A stretch of 64,000 nt of DNA, from positions 248,001-312,000 of the forward strand of contig NZ_JMCB01000009.1 in the NCBI RefSeq assembly GCF_000737315.1, given 5' to 3'. A program made the position numbers and the translations under genes. Origin of the DNA: Hyalangium minutum. GTDB taxonomy: Bacteria > Myxococcota > Myxococcia > Myxococcales > Myxococcaceae. Within the stretch, counting starts at the first letter, position 1. Every line of letters starts with the position of its first letter. Of this stretch, positions 36,218 through 45,609 are shown in pieces. Below the pieces are notes generated by a model, which saw nothing but the letters and a program-made list of their open reading frames with translations, made no database searches and had not been told where the DNA came from.

Positions 36218-37015
36218 TCACTGCACCATCGCGCTCACCTCTTCGGTGAACGCGTGCTCGTCCTCCGCATGCAGCACCAGCGGTGGCAGCACCATCAGAT
36301 CCGCGCGCCCGCCCTTCACCGCATTCAGCAGCACCAGCTTCGCCGGCCGGTCCGCCCGGGGATGCACCATGCGCGCCGTCTTTGGCTCCAGCCGGTGCTC
36401 TCGCAGCAGCCCCGCAAGCTCCGCGAACCGGGCCGCCGGGTACACCATGCACAGCCCTCCTCGCGGCGCCAGCAGGTACCGTGCCGCCCGCGCCACGTCA
36501 GGTAGCGCACATGCCACCTCGTGCCGCGCAATCGCCTTCTCCATCGTCACGCTGCTGCGCCCCGTGGTGCACGCCCGGTACGGCGGGTTACACAGCACGT
36601 GGCTGAAGCTCCCCGCCGCGAAGAACTGGTCCACCTGCCGCAGGTCTCCCTGCACCAGCGTCACCTGCTCCTCGCACCGGTTCAGGTACACGTTGCGCTC
36701 GGCCAGCGAGTACAGCCGCGGCTGCAGTTCCAGCGCCGTGATGTCCTTGCGCCCCAGCCGCTTCGCCAGCACCAGCGGAATGATTCCGCTCCCCGTCCCG
36801 AGATCCATCAGCCGCCCGCGGTGAGCACCGCCCTCGTACACCGCGAAGTGCGCCAGCAGGATGGGATCCAACGTGAAGCGGTAGCCCCCCCGGCGCTGCA
36901 GCACTTGCACCTCGCCTCCGCAGATGGAGTCGAGCGTCTCCCCCGGCTCGGGGTGCAGCGCGAGCCGCACCTGATGGGGCCACTCCAACAGGTATCGTGA
37001 AGACGGTTGCCTCAC
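36218..37015 (-). CDS. tRNA1(Val) A37 N6-methyltransferase-like SAM-dependent methyltransferase
   Basis: QRRGGYRFTLDPILLAHF, MDLGTGSG, CNPPY, ARHE. Confidence 0.85.
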   Translation of the reverse strand: MRQPSSRYLLEWPHQVRLALHPEPGETLDSICGGEVQVLQRRGGYRFTLDPILLAHFAVYEGGAHRGRLMDLGTGSGIIPLVLAKRLGRKDITALELQPRLYSLAERNVYLNRCEEQVTLVQGDLRQVDQFFAAGSFSHVLCNPPYRACTTGRSSVTMEKAIARHEVACALPDVARAARYLLAPRGGLCMVYPAARFAELAGLLREHRLEPKTARMVHPRADRPAKLVLLNAVKGGRADLMVLPPLVLHAEDEHAFTEEVSAMVQ

Positions 37016-37024
37016 CGTGAAAGA

Positions 37025-38164
37025 CTAAGCCTCGGGATCCAAGAACAGGAGGCCCGCAGGTGGCATCGGCTCCACCCGGAGCGTCAGCGAGGGCAGCGTC
37101 GCAGCCGCCTCCATCACGGCCCGCACCTCCCAGACCGGCGGAGGATTCAGGGCGAAGCCTACCTGGTAGAGCCCCGACTGGACGCCCTGCACCAGCGCCT
37201 CCAGCTCCCGCACCGGGTACACCTGTGAGTGCCCGGCGGCCTCGGGCTCCTGGATCCCCAGCACCGTGCGCAGCACCAGCGCGTTCAAGAGCGCCAGGTC
37301 CAAGCTCCGCAGCGTCGGGCTGCGCGGCGCGCCCTTCAGGTGCGCCAGGTCCAGCCCCTGCCGGAACCGAAGGATCTTCCCCCGCCCCTCCGGTAGCACC
37401 AGCAGCACCGCGTGCTGGCCGCTGATGAGCGTGGCCAGCCGCTCGCGCGCCGCAGCCAGCCCTCGAGGAGACGTGAGCGGCTCATCGAGCTCGTAGATCC
37501 GCGCGTACGCCGCCACGAGCGTGAGGAACGTCTCCTCCTTGAACGTGTCCACGCCCTTCAAAGCCCGGTGGATGGGCTCGAGCTGCAAGCCCGGATCCGA
37601 CAAGGGCACCACTGCCGCCAGCGTGGGGTGCTGCTCATCCAGCGCCGCCAGCGGACGCAGGGGCGCCTCGTCCAGCACCGCTTGGATGCGCTTGGAGATC
37701 GCCGACGGCTCGATGCGGCGCAGCACCACCCGCGAGCCCTCGAACGCGCCCTGCCACACGACGCCGGCCCGCTCGGAGGCCTCGGCCAGCAGCCCGCGCA
37801 GCACGCCATGATCGTCCGCGGCCAGGGTGACCGCGGGCTCCACGCACCAGGAGCGAGGCCGGTAAGGATCCTGCTCCAGCGGCAGCGCGGCATCCGGCCG
37901 CAGCGAGCACAGAAGGAACCGGACCGGAGGCCCGCTCAGCCGCCCAGCAGGTCCGTGAAGCTCTACGACGTAGAGCGCGGGGCGTGGATCTCGAAGCACC
38001 GCCCCCGAAGCACGCCACCGCCCCAGCTCGGCATCAGGGTTCGGCGCCTCGAGCAGTGGCCGGACGTGTGAGGGCTTGGGAACGCCGCGAGAGGAAGGAC
38101 CATCCGCTTCGAGGTGAGTACCCAGGGTCGACAGGAGAGCAGGAAATGGAAGGACTCGCGCCAT
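37025..38164 (-). CDS. DUF1015-like protein (divergent)
   Basis: N-terminal MARVLPFPAL, EPIHRAL, and C-terminal GFALNPPPV...VMEAAATLP...PMPPAGL parallel the DUF1015 termini. Confidence 0.6.
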   Translation of the reverse strand: MARVLPFPALLSTLGTHLEADGPSSRGVPKPSHVRPLLEAPNPDAELGRWRASGAVLRDPRPALYVVELHGPAGRLSGPPVRFLLCSLRPDAALPLEQDPYRPRSWCVEPAVTLAADDHGVLRGLLAEASERAGVVWQGAFEGSRVVLRRIEPSAISKRIQAVLDEAPLRPLAALDEQHPTLAAVVPLSDPGLQLEPIHRALKGVDTFKEETFLTLVAAYARIYELDEPLTSPRGLAAARERLATLISGQHAVLLVLPEGRGKILRFRQGLDLAHLKGAPRSPTLRSLDLALLNALVLRTVLGIQEPEAAGHSQVYPVRELEALVQGVQSGLYQVGFALNPPPVWEVRAVMEAAATLPSLTLRVEPMPPAGLLFLDPEA

Positions 38165-38234
38165 GCAGGAAGAAGGTGGGGCTGCTTCCTCTTCCCTGCC
38201 ACGGCGTCTGCCCGGCTGCTCCCCTGCCGTGCGG

Positions 38235-39485
38235 CTACCAGAGCCCCTTGTAGGGCCTCTTCGACTTGTAGCCGCCTGAGCCTGGGGGAGACGCGGTGCG
38301 ATCCACGCTCTCGTCCCACAGCAAGCTCACAGTGGCGATGGCGCCCGCCGAGCCCAAGAAGGACAACACGTAGGGCGTGGGCTGATTGAAGCCGCCCAGT
38401 GCCACGCCCGACACGAGCAGCACGAAGGCGCCGACGCCCGCTCCAAAAATGTCCGCTCGGAGGATCTGTCCGGAGCTTGGGTTGTAGCGCGTAGAGGCGA
38501 TGGCCAGCGCTCCCGCCCCAATGCCCGGGGCGATCAAGAGCGTGTCCGCCCAGGTCTTCCCGCGGATGCCTTGATTCTCCGAGAAGTGGATGATGGCCAG
38601 CAACAGCGTGCTGTAGACCAGTCCCCACGCAGCGCCCGAGGAAATGAGCAACCCCTGGTTGAGCGGCAGCTGCCCACCGCCGATGACGGCGGTGAGCCAC
38701 GAGGCCAGCTCCGCGCCCGCGAAGGCGGACCAGGACAGCGCGTAGCGGTCATTCGTGAACAGGTCCATGAAGCCGCCCAGGAACATGCCTCCGACGGCGG
38801 CGTTGGCGATGCTGAAGTAGCCCAGCGGCCGATCCACCCAGTGGTTGAACTGCCACCACGCGGACGCGCCGAAGCCCAGGCCCGCGCCAATCAAGGTGCC
38901 CGCGAGCATCGCCTCACGCGAGTCACGGTCGATCTTGAAGTCCTGCGCGAAGCCCTGCGTGAAGAAGCCACCCATGGCTCCCAACAGCGAGTGCTGAAGC
39001 ACGAAGGTCAGACTGCCCGGGCCGGACAGGAACGGCCCCTGCCGAGGCCGTCCATCCAGCAGCACGCCACTCGCCGCGGGAGGAGGCGGCAGCGTCGGGG
39101 TGGCCTGAGGTGACAGGCCCGACTCGGTGAGCGGAGGGTTGGGCCGGGTCCGCAGCGAGTCCGGATTGGGAGGCGTCAACGGCGCATCGCTCGGCGGAGC
39201 GGGTGAAACCGCGCCCGTTCCTTGCGAATCCGGCGAGGCCGGGATCGTCGTGGTGGGTGCGGGCTGCGGTTGTGTCCATGAGTCCGCCGGAGGCGGCATG
39301 GCCTGCTGCGGCTCCGTGGGGGTGGGCTGCGCGGGTGGCTGCTGAAAGCCCGGGGACGGCTGGAAGGAGGGCGCAGGCGGCGGGGGTGGGTATTGGGACT
39401 GTTGCGCCCAGGTGACCCCAGGCAGCAGGAGAGCGGCGATGGCGACGGTGAGACAGCTCCAGGTTCTCAGGTGTGACACAAGCAC
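38235..39485 (-). CDS. Exported/membrane protein with Pro/Gln-rich N-terminus and Gly-rich hydrophobic helices
   Basis: Signal peptide ending VTWAQQ; ~130 aa Pro-rich; multiple segments such as MLAGTLIGAGLGFGASAWW. Confidence 0.75.
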   Translation of the reverse strand: MLVSHLRTWSCLTVAIAALLLPGVTWAQQSQYPPPPPAPSFQPSPGFQQPPAQPTPTEPQQAMPPPADSWTQPQPAPTTTIPASPDSQGTGAVSPAPPSDAPLTPPNPDSLRTRPNPPLTESGLSPQATPTLPPPPAASGVLLDGRPRQGPFLSGPGSLTFVLQHSLLGAMGGFFTQGFAQDFKIDRDSREAMLAGTLIGAGLGFGASAWWQFNHWVDRPLGYFSIANAAVGGMFLGGFMDLFTNDRYALSWSAFAGAELASWLTAVIGGGQLPLNQGLLISSGAAWGLVYSTLLLAIIHFSENQGIRGKTWADTLLIAPGIGAGALAIASTRYNPSSGQILRADIFGAGVGAFVLLVSGVALGGFNQPTPYVLSFLGSAGAIATVSLLWDESVDRTASPPGSGGYKSKRPYKGLW

Positions 39486-39563
39486 TCCTCAAGCTCCGGC
39501 CACGTGACGACTTAGATAAAACCCAACCGCGCCGCGCTTGCACCGGTTTTTCACGCGGACCCC

Positions 39564-40769
39564 TCAGGCCCGCAGCTCGACCAGGTCCACGAAGATGATC
39601 TCCTCGGCGCGCGCGCGGATGCGCTCCAACATCTCCTCGGGTGGCTTGGAGTCGAGCTGGATCTTGCAGCACGCCGCCTGGGCGCCCTCGAAGATCGTGT
39701 TCTCGATCTCCTGCGCGTTGATGCCCGCCTGGCGCACGGCGTCCAGCACGTTGGCCAGCACGCCCACCCGATCGTGGTGACGCACGATGAGCTGGTACCG
39801 CGCTGGCGTCTTCTCCGCGATGTTCACGCAGTTGGGCACCACGCCCTCATTGAGGAACCGATCCACCAGCCGCACCGTCTCTCGGGCGATCGCGTCTTGC
39901 GCCTGCTCCGTGGAGGCGCCGATGTGGTGCGTGCCGTAGACGTGGGGCAGCTTGCCCAGCTCGCTGTGGAAGGAGGCCTCGCCGCCCTTGGGCTCGTCGG
40001 GGAACACGTCCGTGGCCACGGAGATGCGGCCTCGCCGGGCCTCCTCCAGCAGCGCTTCGTTGTCCACCACGTCCGCGCGGCTCGTGTTGATGAAGACCGC
40101 GCCGTCCGGGAGCGCCGCCAGCACTTGCCGCGACACCAGGCCCTTCGTCTCGGACGAGGCAGGCACGTGCACGGTGAGCACCTCGCTCTGCCGCGCCAGG
40201 GCCAGCAGGCTCTCGGCGCGCTCGATGCCCAGCGCCTTGGCCCGCTCGGCGGACAGCGAGCGCGAGTACCCCACCACCCTCATGCCAAAGGCCAGCGCCC
40301 GCTCCGCCACCGCCGCGCCAATGGCGCCCAGGCCCACAATCCCCACTGTTCGCCCATAGAGCCCTCGGGCCTGGGAGAAGCGCTTCTTGTTCCAAGCACC
40401 CTGGCGCAGCGCCGCCACGTTGTCCGGGATGTGGCGATCCACCGCCAGCATCAGCCCGAACGTCAGCTCCGCCACAGCGATGGCGTTCTGCCCAGGGCAG
40501 TTGGCCACGAAGACACCGTGGGCGCTGGCCGCCTTCACATCGATGGTGTTCACCCCCGCTCCGGCGCGGATGACGAGGGACAGGCCCTTGGCCACCTCGA
40601 ACACCTTGGCGGGCACCTCCGTGCTGCGCACCACGAGGATGGAGACATCCTTGGCGGCCTCCGCCAGCGCATCCCCCTTGAGGCCGGGGCGGAAATCGAC
40701 CGTCAGCCCCAGCCCCCGCAGGGACTCCAGGTGGACCTTGGGAAACTCGTCAGCGACCAGGACGCGCAT
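39564..40769 (-). CDS. serA: D-3-phosphoglycerate dehydrogenase-like 2-hydroxyacid dehydrogenase with ACT domain
   Basis: MRVLVAD, IRAGAGVNTID, GIVGLGAIG, INTSR, DVFPDEP, HHIGASTEQAQ, C-terminal HHDRVGVLA (ACT). Confidence 0.8.
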   Translation of the reverse strand: MRVLVADEFPKVHLESLRGLGLTVDFRPGLKGDALAEAAKDVSILVVRSTEVPAKVFEVAKGLSLVIRAGAGVNTIDVKAASAHGVFVANCPGQNAIAVAELTFGLMLAVDRHIPDNVAALRQGAWNKKRFSQARGLYGRTVGIVGLGAIGAAVAERALAFGMRVVGYSRSLSAERAKALGIERAESLLALARQSEVLTVHVPASSETKGLVSRQVLAALPDGAVFINTSRADVVDNEALLEEARRGRISVATDVFPDEPKGGEASFHSELGKLPHVYGTHHIGASTEQAQDAIARETVRLVDRFLNEGVVPNCVNIAEKTPARYQLIVRHHDRVGVLANVLDAVRQAGINAQEIENTIFEGAQAACCKIQLDSKPPEEMLERIRARAEEIIFVDLVELRA

Positions 40770-40941
40770 CGAGATACCTCCGGTGGGGTTCCAGCGGGCC
40801 AAGCTAGCCCACTCCCCAGGTCGGGCCGCCTCGAATTCTTCCCCCCCTTTCCCTGGGACGTTCAGAGGCTCGCACTCCGAGGACTCGACGCGGTGCCATG
40901 TGCCGCGACGCGTAGGGCGCTCGCGCATCTACCTGCACACT

Positions 40942-42405
40942 ATGCCTCTTGGCTTCTCCTGGTCCGAGCTGGGCGTCGACTCCGCCCGAGTCCTCGTCAT
41001 CAACGACGAGCCCCTCCCCTCCCGTCGCGAGTTCGTTCTCTATTGGTGCATGGTGAACCATCGCGCCGAGGAGAACCCCGCGCTGGACGCCGCCATTGCC
41101 CTGGGCAACCACCTCAAGCTGCCCGTCGCCGTCTACCAGGCGCTGCGGCCTGACTACCCCCACGCCTCAGACCGGCTCCACGCTTTCGCCCTCGAGGGCA
41201 TGGCGGAGCTGCCCGCCGCTTATGCCGCCCAAGGCATTCCCTACTGGCTCGAGCTGCCCCGCAGTCCCCGGGAGCACAAGCCCCGGATCGCCGAGCTGGG
41301 CCGCAGGGCCGCGGCCATCGTCTCGGACCTCTTCCCCGCCTTCATCATCCCCGGACACCTGCGCGGCGCGGCCAAGAAGCTGGATGTGCCGCTGTTCGCG
41401 GTGGACGGCTCGTGCGTGGTCCCCATGCAGCGCATCACCGAGCCCCAGATTGGCGCGTACACCTTGCGTCCCAAGCTGCGGAAGCTCTGGCCGGAGTACC
41501 TCGGCAAGTCCCTGGCGCCGCGTCCGCTGAAGGCCACCGCCGCCGCGAAGAAGCTCTCCCCGGGCTTCGCCCTCTCGGACGCCAAGGCCCTGCGCAAGGC
41601 GCTCGATACGTTCGCGATTGACCACTCCGTCCCCCCCATCACCGGGGTCCACGGAGGACGCAAGGCGGCCCTGGCCACGCTGAAGTCCTTCATCGACACG
41701 CGCCTGAAGGGCTACGAGACCGAGCGCAATGATCCGGGCAAGGATCAGCAATCCGGCCTGTCTCCGTACTTCCACTGGGGCCAGCTCTTCCCGGGCGAGG
41801 CCGCGCGCGCCGTGCTCGAGGCCGGAGGCGAGAAAGACCCCGCCGTGCAGTCCTTCCTGGAGGAGCTGCTCGTCCGCCGCGAGCTGGCCTTCAATTACTG
41901 CCTGCACACGCCCGTGCCCCGCCAGCTCTCCGTGGACTCCCTGCCCCGCTGGGCGCGCGAGTCCCTCGACACGCACCGCCAGGACAAGCGCGAGCACCTC
42001 TACACCCTGGAGGAGCTGGACGCGGCACGCACGGGAGATGGCCTGTGGAACGCCTCCCAGCGCGAGCTGCGCGAGCGCGGCCGCATCCACAACTACCTGC
42101 GCATGCTCTGGGGCAAGAAGCTGCTGGAGTGGAGCCCCACACCCCAGGAGGCGCTCCAGCGCATGGCGCACCTGAACGATCGCTATGCCCTGGACGGCAG
42201 AGACCCGGCCAGCGTGGCCAACTTCATGTGGGTCCTCGGCCTGCACGACCGGCCCTTCCAGGAGCGAAAGGTGCTGGGCAAGGTGCGGCCCATGAGCTCG
42301 CTGCGCACGGCCGAGAAGTTCGACTTGGGGCCCTACCTGGCGAAGTGGAGCCGGCAGGGAGACCCGCCCGTGAAGCTGCCCCGCCGCCGGACTGCCAGGA
42401 AGTAG
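40942..42405 (+). CDS. phrB: Deoxyribodipyrimidine photolyase, class II-like
   Basis: YWCMVNHRAEENPAL, SGLSPYFHWGQL, EELLVRRELAFNY, HNYLRMLWGKK, YALDGRDP, GKVRPM. Confidence 0.85.
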   Translation: MPLGFSWSELGVDSARVLVINDEPLPSRREFVLYWCMVNHRAEENPALDAAIALGNHLKLPVAVYQALRPDYPHASDRLHAFALEGMAELPAAYAAQGIPYWLELPRSPREHKPRIAELGRRAAAIVSDLFPAFIIPGHLRGAAKKLDVPLFAVDGSCVVPMQRITEPQIGAYTLRPKLRKLWPEYLGKSLAPRPLKATAAAKKLSPGFALSDAKALRKALDTFAIDHSVPPITGVHGGRKAALATLKSFIDTRLKGYETERNDPGKDQQSGLSPYFHWGQLFPGEAARAVLEAGGEKDPAVQSFLEELLVRRELAFNYCLHTPVPRQLSVDSLPRWARESLDTHRQDKREHLYTLEELDAARTGDGLWNASQRELRERGRIHNYLRMLWGKKLLEWSPTPQEALQRMAHLNDRYALDGRDPASVANFMWVLGLHDRPFQERKVLGKVRPMSSLRTAEKFDLGPYLAKWSRQGDPPVKLPRRRTARK

Positions 42406-42511
42406 CGGTGCTGTTGACTTCCACGCTCCCGGACACCATTCGGAAGTTCCCTTCCGGCGCGGCCGACACTAAACAATCCGCCAGACAGGACACCGCCGTC
42501 AGGAGCCATAT

Positions 42512-42835
42512 ATGGGCACGATGAAGTTCGAGGTCCCCCACAGCCTGCCGAAGGACGAGGCGAAGAAGCGCGTCGAGCAGCTGCTGCACTACTGGGGCAG
42601 CAAGTACGGCGTGAAGGCGGACTGGGCCGGCGATGGGGCGAAGCTCAACGGCAAGGTGATGGGCATCAACCTGGATGCCAGCTTCGTCATCACCGAGAAG
42701 GCCGTGTCGGGAGAGGGCACGGACCCCGGCATGCTGCTGCGAGGCCAGGCCAAGGCCTACCTGCAGAAGAAGTTCGCCGCGGTGCTCGATCCGAGCAAGA
42801 GCGTGGCCGACATCAAGAGCACGATGGACAGCTAG
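42512..42835 (+). CDS. Polyhydroxyalkanoic acid system family small protein
   Basis: [19 protein letters not shown]...[10 protein letters not shown] pattern; 107 aa. Confidence 0.7.
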   Translation: MGTMKFEVPHSLPKDEAKKRVEQLLHYWGSKYGVKADWAGDGAKLNGKVMGINLDASFVITEKAVSGEGTDPGMLLRGQAKAYLQKKFAAVLDPSKSVADIKSTMDS

Positions 42836-44589
42836 TGTCCTTCGTCCTCCAGCGCTGTCAGCGCGTAGCGCGCCACCCGGGCAATGGCCTCCGGTGAGTC
42901 CGGCATGTCCGGGTAGTGGCCCGCCAGAGGCCGCTGGGGGAAGCGCAGTTGCGCGATGGCGTTGCGGTAGCTGCGCCGGGCGCCATCGCGATCCTGGGTG
43001 CGCTCCTGCACCTGGGCCAGCAGGTAGTGGCCAATGGCCAGCGTGGGCTCCAGGAAGAGGGCCTTGCTGAACTCGGAGCGCGCCTCGGCCAACTGCCCGG
43101 CCTGGAGCGCCGCCACGCCTCCGAAGACCCGGGCCTCCACGCACAGAGGCTCGCGGGCGAGCGCTTGCGCGAAGGCCTCGCGCGCCTCGACGATGTGGCC
43201 GGTGAGTGAGTACAGGTTGCCCAGCGTCAACAGCCCGTCCAGGTGGCCCGGCTCATCCACCAGCAGCTTCTCCACGTCCTTGATGGCGGTGGTGAAGTCG
43301 CTCTGCATCATCTTCCGCACGGCCTGATTCAGGCGCTCGGCGGGCGGCAGCCTCTTGGCGCCTCCAGGCACTTCGGTGGCGCGCAGCACCCGGGGCTCGG
43401 GAGAGCCCACCGCGGGCATCTCCAGCGTGAGGCGCGCGGGCCGCACCGGCTCGGGCGTGTTCCGCATCTCCGGGTGAGGGTTCAGCTTGGCGTTGGCGGC
43501 CAGGCGTTCGCGAATGGTGGTCAGCGGATCGTGGGTGACCGCCGCGGGCTTCACCGGGCTCAGCGTGTCCGTACCGGCCGACGGGGTCTTCGAGAACGCG
43601 ATGGGGGCCGGAGTCTCCATCCCCCGGGGCTTCGAGGGGAGCCCGGTGCTCGGAATGGGCGCGGGAGTGGTCAGCGGCGCGGCCGTGGTGCCAGCCGTGG
43701 GCACGGGCGCGGGCGTCAGCGACAGGGGCTGCAGCGTCATCCGGCTGCCCTTCTGCTCCATCAGGGGCCGCCGGTAGACGAACGCGCCATCCACCTCGAT
43801 CATCTCGAAGCGGTCGTACACCTTGAAGAGGCTCTCCGAGTACCCCAGGAAGAGCAGCCCGCCCGGGCGCAGCGCTTGGAGGAACCGATCCATCAGCCCG
43901 CGGATGGTGGGCAGATCGAAGTAGATGATGACGTTGCGGCAGAGGATCAGATCCAGCGAGCCGGGCGCCACCATGTCCGTGAAGGACGGCGCCGCGAGGT
44001 TCAGACCGTCGAAGCGGATGTACTCCTTGATGTTCGGCTGGATCTCGAGCCCTTCCTCCATGGGCCGGAAGAAGCGCTCGAGCCGCTCTGCGGACATGTT
44101 GCCCGCGCGCCGCACGGAGAAGCGCCCCACCTTCGCGGCCTCCACGGCGGCCAGGTTCAGATCCGTGGCCCAGATGTCCACCTCGCCGGGCAGCGCGCCC
44201 AGCTCCGCCATCACCATGGCCATGCTGTAGGGCTCCTCGCCCGTAGCGCACCCGGCGGACCAGATGTAGACCTTGCGCACCTCACGCCGGGCCTTGGCCA
44301 GCAGCTGAGGGAGGATGAAGCGCTCCAGCGCGCGGAACTGCTTGGGATCGCGGAAGAACTCCGTGTGCCCCACTGTCACCAGCGGCAGCAGTGCGCGCAG
44401 TTCCTGCTCGCCGCCCACTTCCCGCAGCCGCTGCACGTAGAGTTCAGGGTCCGTGAGGCCCACGGCGGGCATGCGCGTGGACAGCGCCAGCCGGAGGCTG
44501 TGGAAACCATCCGGAGTGATCTTCAGTCCGGCCCGCTCCAACAGAAGGGCGGAGAGCTGCTGTAGGGCCTTCTGGCTCACGTTCAGCAA
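42832..44589 (-). CDS. frzF: FrzF, CheR methyltransferase with C-terminal TPRs
   Basis: [53 protein letters not shown] tail; likely TTG start at 44589. Confidence 0.93.
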   Translation of the reverse strand: MLNVSQKALQQLSALLLERAGLKITPDGFHSLRLALSTRMPAVGLTDPELYVQRLREVGGEQELRALLPLVTVGHTEFFRDPKQFRALERFILPQLLAKARREVRKVYIWSAGCATGEEPYSMAMVMAELGALPGEVDIWATDLNLAAVEAAKVGRFSVRRAGNMSAERLERFFRPMEEGLEIQPNIKEYIRFDGLNLAAPSFTDMVAPGSLDLILCRNVIIYFDLPTIRGLMDRFLQALRPGGLLFLGYSESLFKVYDRFEMIEVDGAFVYRRPLMEQKGSRMTLQPLSLTPAPVPTAGTTAAPLTTPAPIPSTGLPSKPRGMETPAPIAFSKTPSAGTDTLSPVKPAAVTHDPLTTIRERLAANAKLNPHPEMRNTPEPVRPARLTLEMPAVGSPEPRVLRATEVPGGAKRLPPAERLNQAVRKMMQSDFTTAIKDVEKLLVDEPGHLDGLLTLGNLYSLTGHIVEAREAFAQALAREPLCVEARVFGGVAALQAGQLAEARSEFSKALFLEPTLAIGHYLLAQVQERTQDRDGARRSYRNAIAQLRFPQRPLAGHYPDMPDSPEAIARVARYALTALEDEGH

Positions 44590-45593
44590 GTCTCCACCCA
44601 ATCAACGAGGGTCGGCGCAATCCGGTCCAGCGGAAGGATCTCCTCGGCGGCACCCATCTGCACCGCCTCGCGAGGCATCCCATACACAGCACACGTCTCC
44701 GCGTTCTGCGCGATGGTCCTCCCCCCTCGATCGCGGATCTCTTTCAAACCTCGCGCCCCATCGCGCCCCATGCCCGTGAGGATGACGCCGATGCACCGGC
44801 GCCCGAAGGACTCCGCCGCCGAGGATAGCAGCAGATCGCACGAAGGCCGGAAGCCTCGTACCGGGGGTCGGGTGTCCAGTACCAGCTTTCCATCCGGGCG
44901 CACCAGCAGGTGGCCCCCCGACGGCGCGATGTACACGGCCCCCTTCTCCATCATCTGCTCGTGGGTCGCCTCCAGCACCTTCAGTGGAGTCTCCGTGGAC
45001 AGCCAGTGCGCCAACCCCTCGGTGAAGCCATCACTGATGTGCTGGCAGATCGCCACCGGCGCCGGGAAGTTCCGGGGCATCATCCGCAAGATCTGGGAGA
45101 TCGCCTTGGGCCCGCCCAGCGAGGCGGCAATGGCCACCAGCGGGAACGGCACCTCGGGTCCCTCGTGGGCGGCCAGCCGCTTGAGCTTGCCCTGGACGTG
45201 ACGCACCACGCGGACCTGCGCCAGCACCGTCAGCCGGCGCGCCATGGCGTGCCAGTACTCGGGGCCGGGCGAGGCGGGACGCTCGGCCACATCCAGCGCC
45301 CCGAGCGCCAGGGCCCGGAAGGCCTCCTCGCGCGACAGCATGCCCGGATCCAGTGCGAGGATGGGCGTGGGCCGCTCCGCCATGATGCGCTCGATGGCGT
45401 CCAGCGCGTCCACCGACGTGAGATCGATGAGCAGCACGTCCGGGATCTGCTCCCGGACGGTGCTCAGGGCCTCACTGAAGCCGCACTCGCCGGCGCTCGA
45501 CAGCGCGTCGCTGTCGAAGAGCGTGCGCGACATGATGCGGAGGCCCCCGCCCACGAGCAGCACCCGGTATGCGAGCCCTGGAGCATTGCGCAC
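44583..45593 (-). CDS. frzG: FrzG, CheB methylesterase
   Basis: [30 protein letters not shown]; position between frzE and frzF. Confidence 0.93.
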   Translation of the reverse strand: MRNAPGLAYRVLLVGGGLRIMSRTLFDSDALSSAGECGFSEALSTVREQIPDVLLIDLTSVDALDAIERIMAERPTPILALDPGMLSREEAFRALALGALDVAERPASPGPEYWHAMARRLTVLAQVRVVRHVQGKLKRLAAHEGPEVPFPLVAIAASLGGPKAISQILRMMPRNFPAPVAICQHISDGFTEGLAHWLSTETPLKVLEATHEQMMEKGAVYIAPSGGHLLVRPDGKLVLDTRPPVRGFRPSCDLLLSSAAESFGRRCIGVILTGMGRDGARGLKEIRDRGGRTIAQNAETCAVYGMPREAVQMGAAEEILPLDRIAPTLVDWVETC

Positions 45594-45609
45594 GCGGTCC
45601 CCTAGCCTC

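Noticed and set aside
40387-40941. 5' extension of the photolyase ORF (672 aa)
   Set aside because: Antisense to serA; photolyase similarity begins after ATG 40942.
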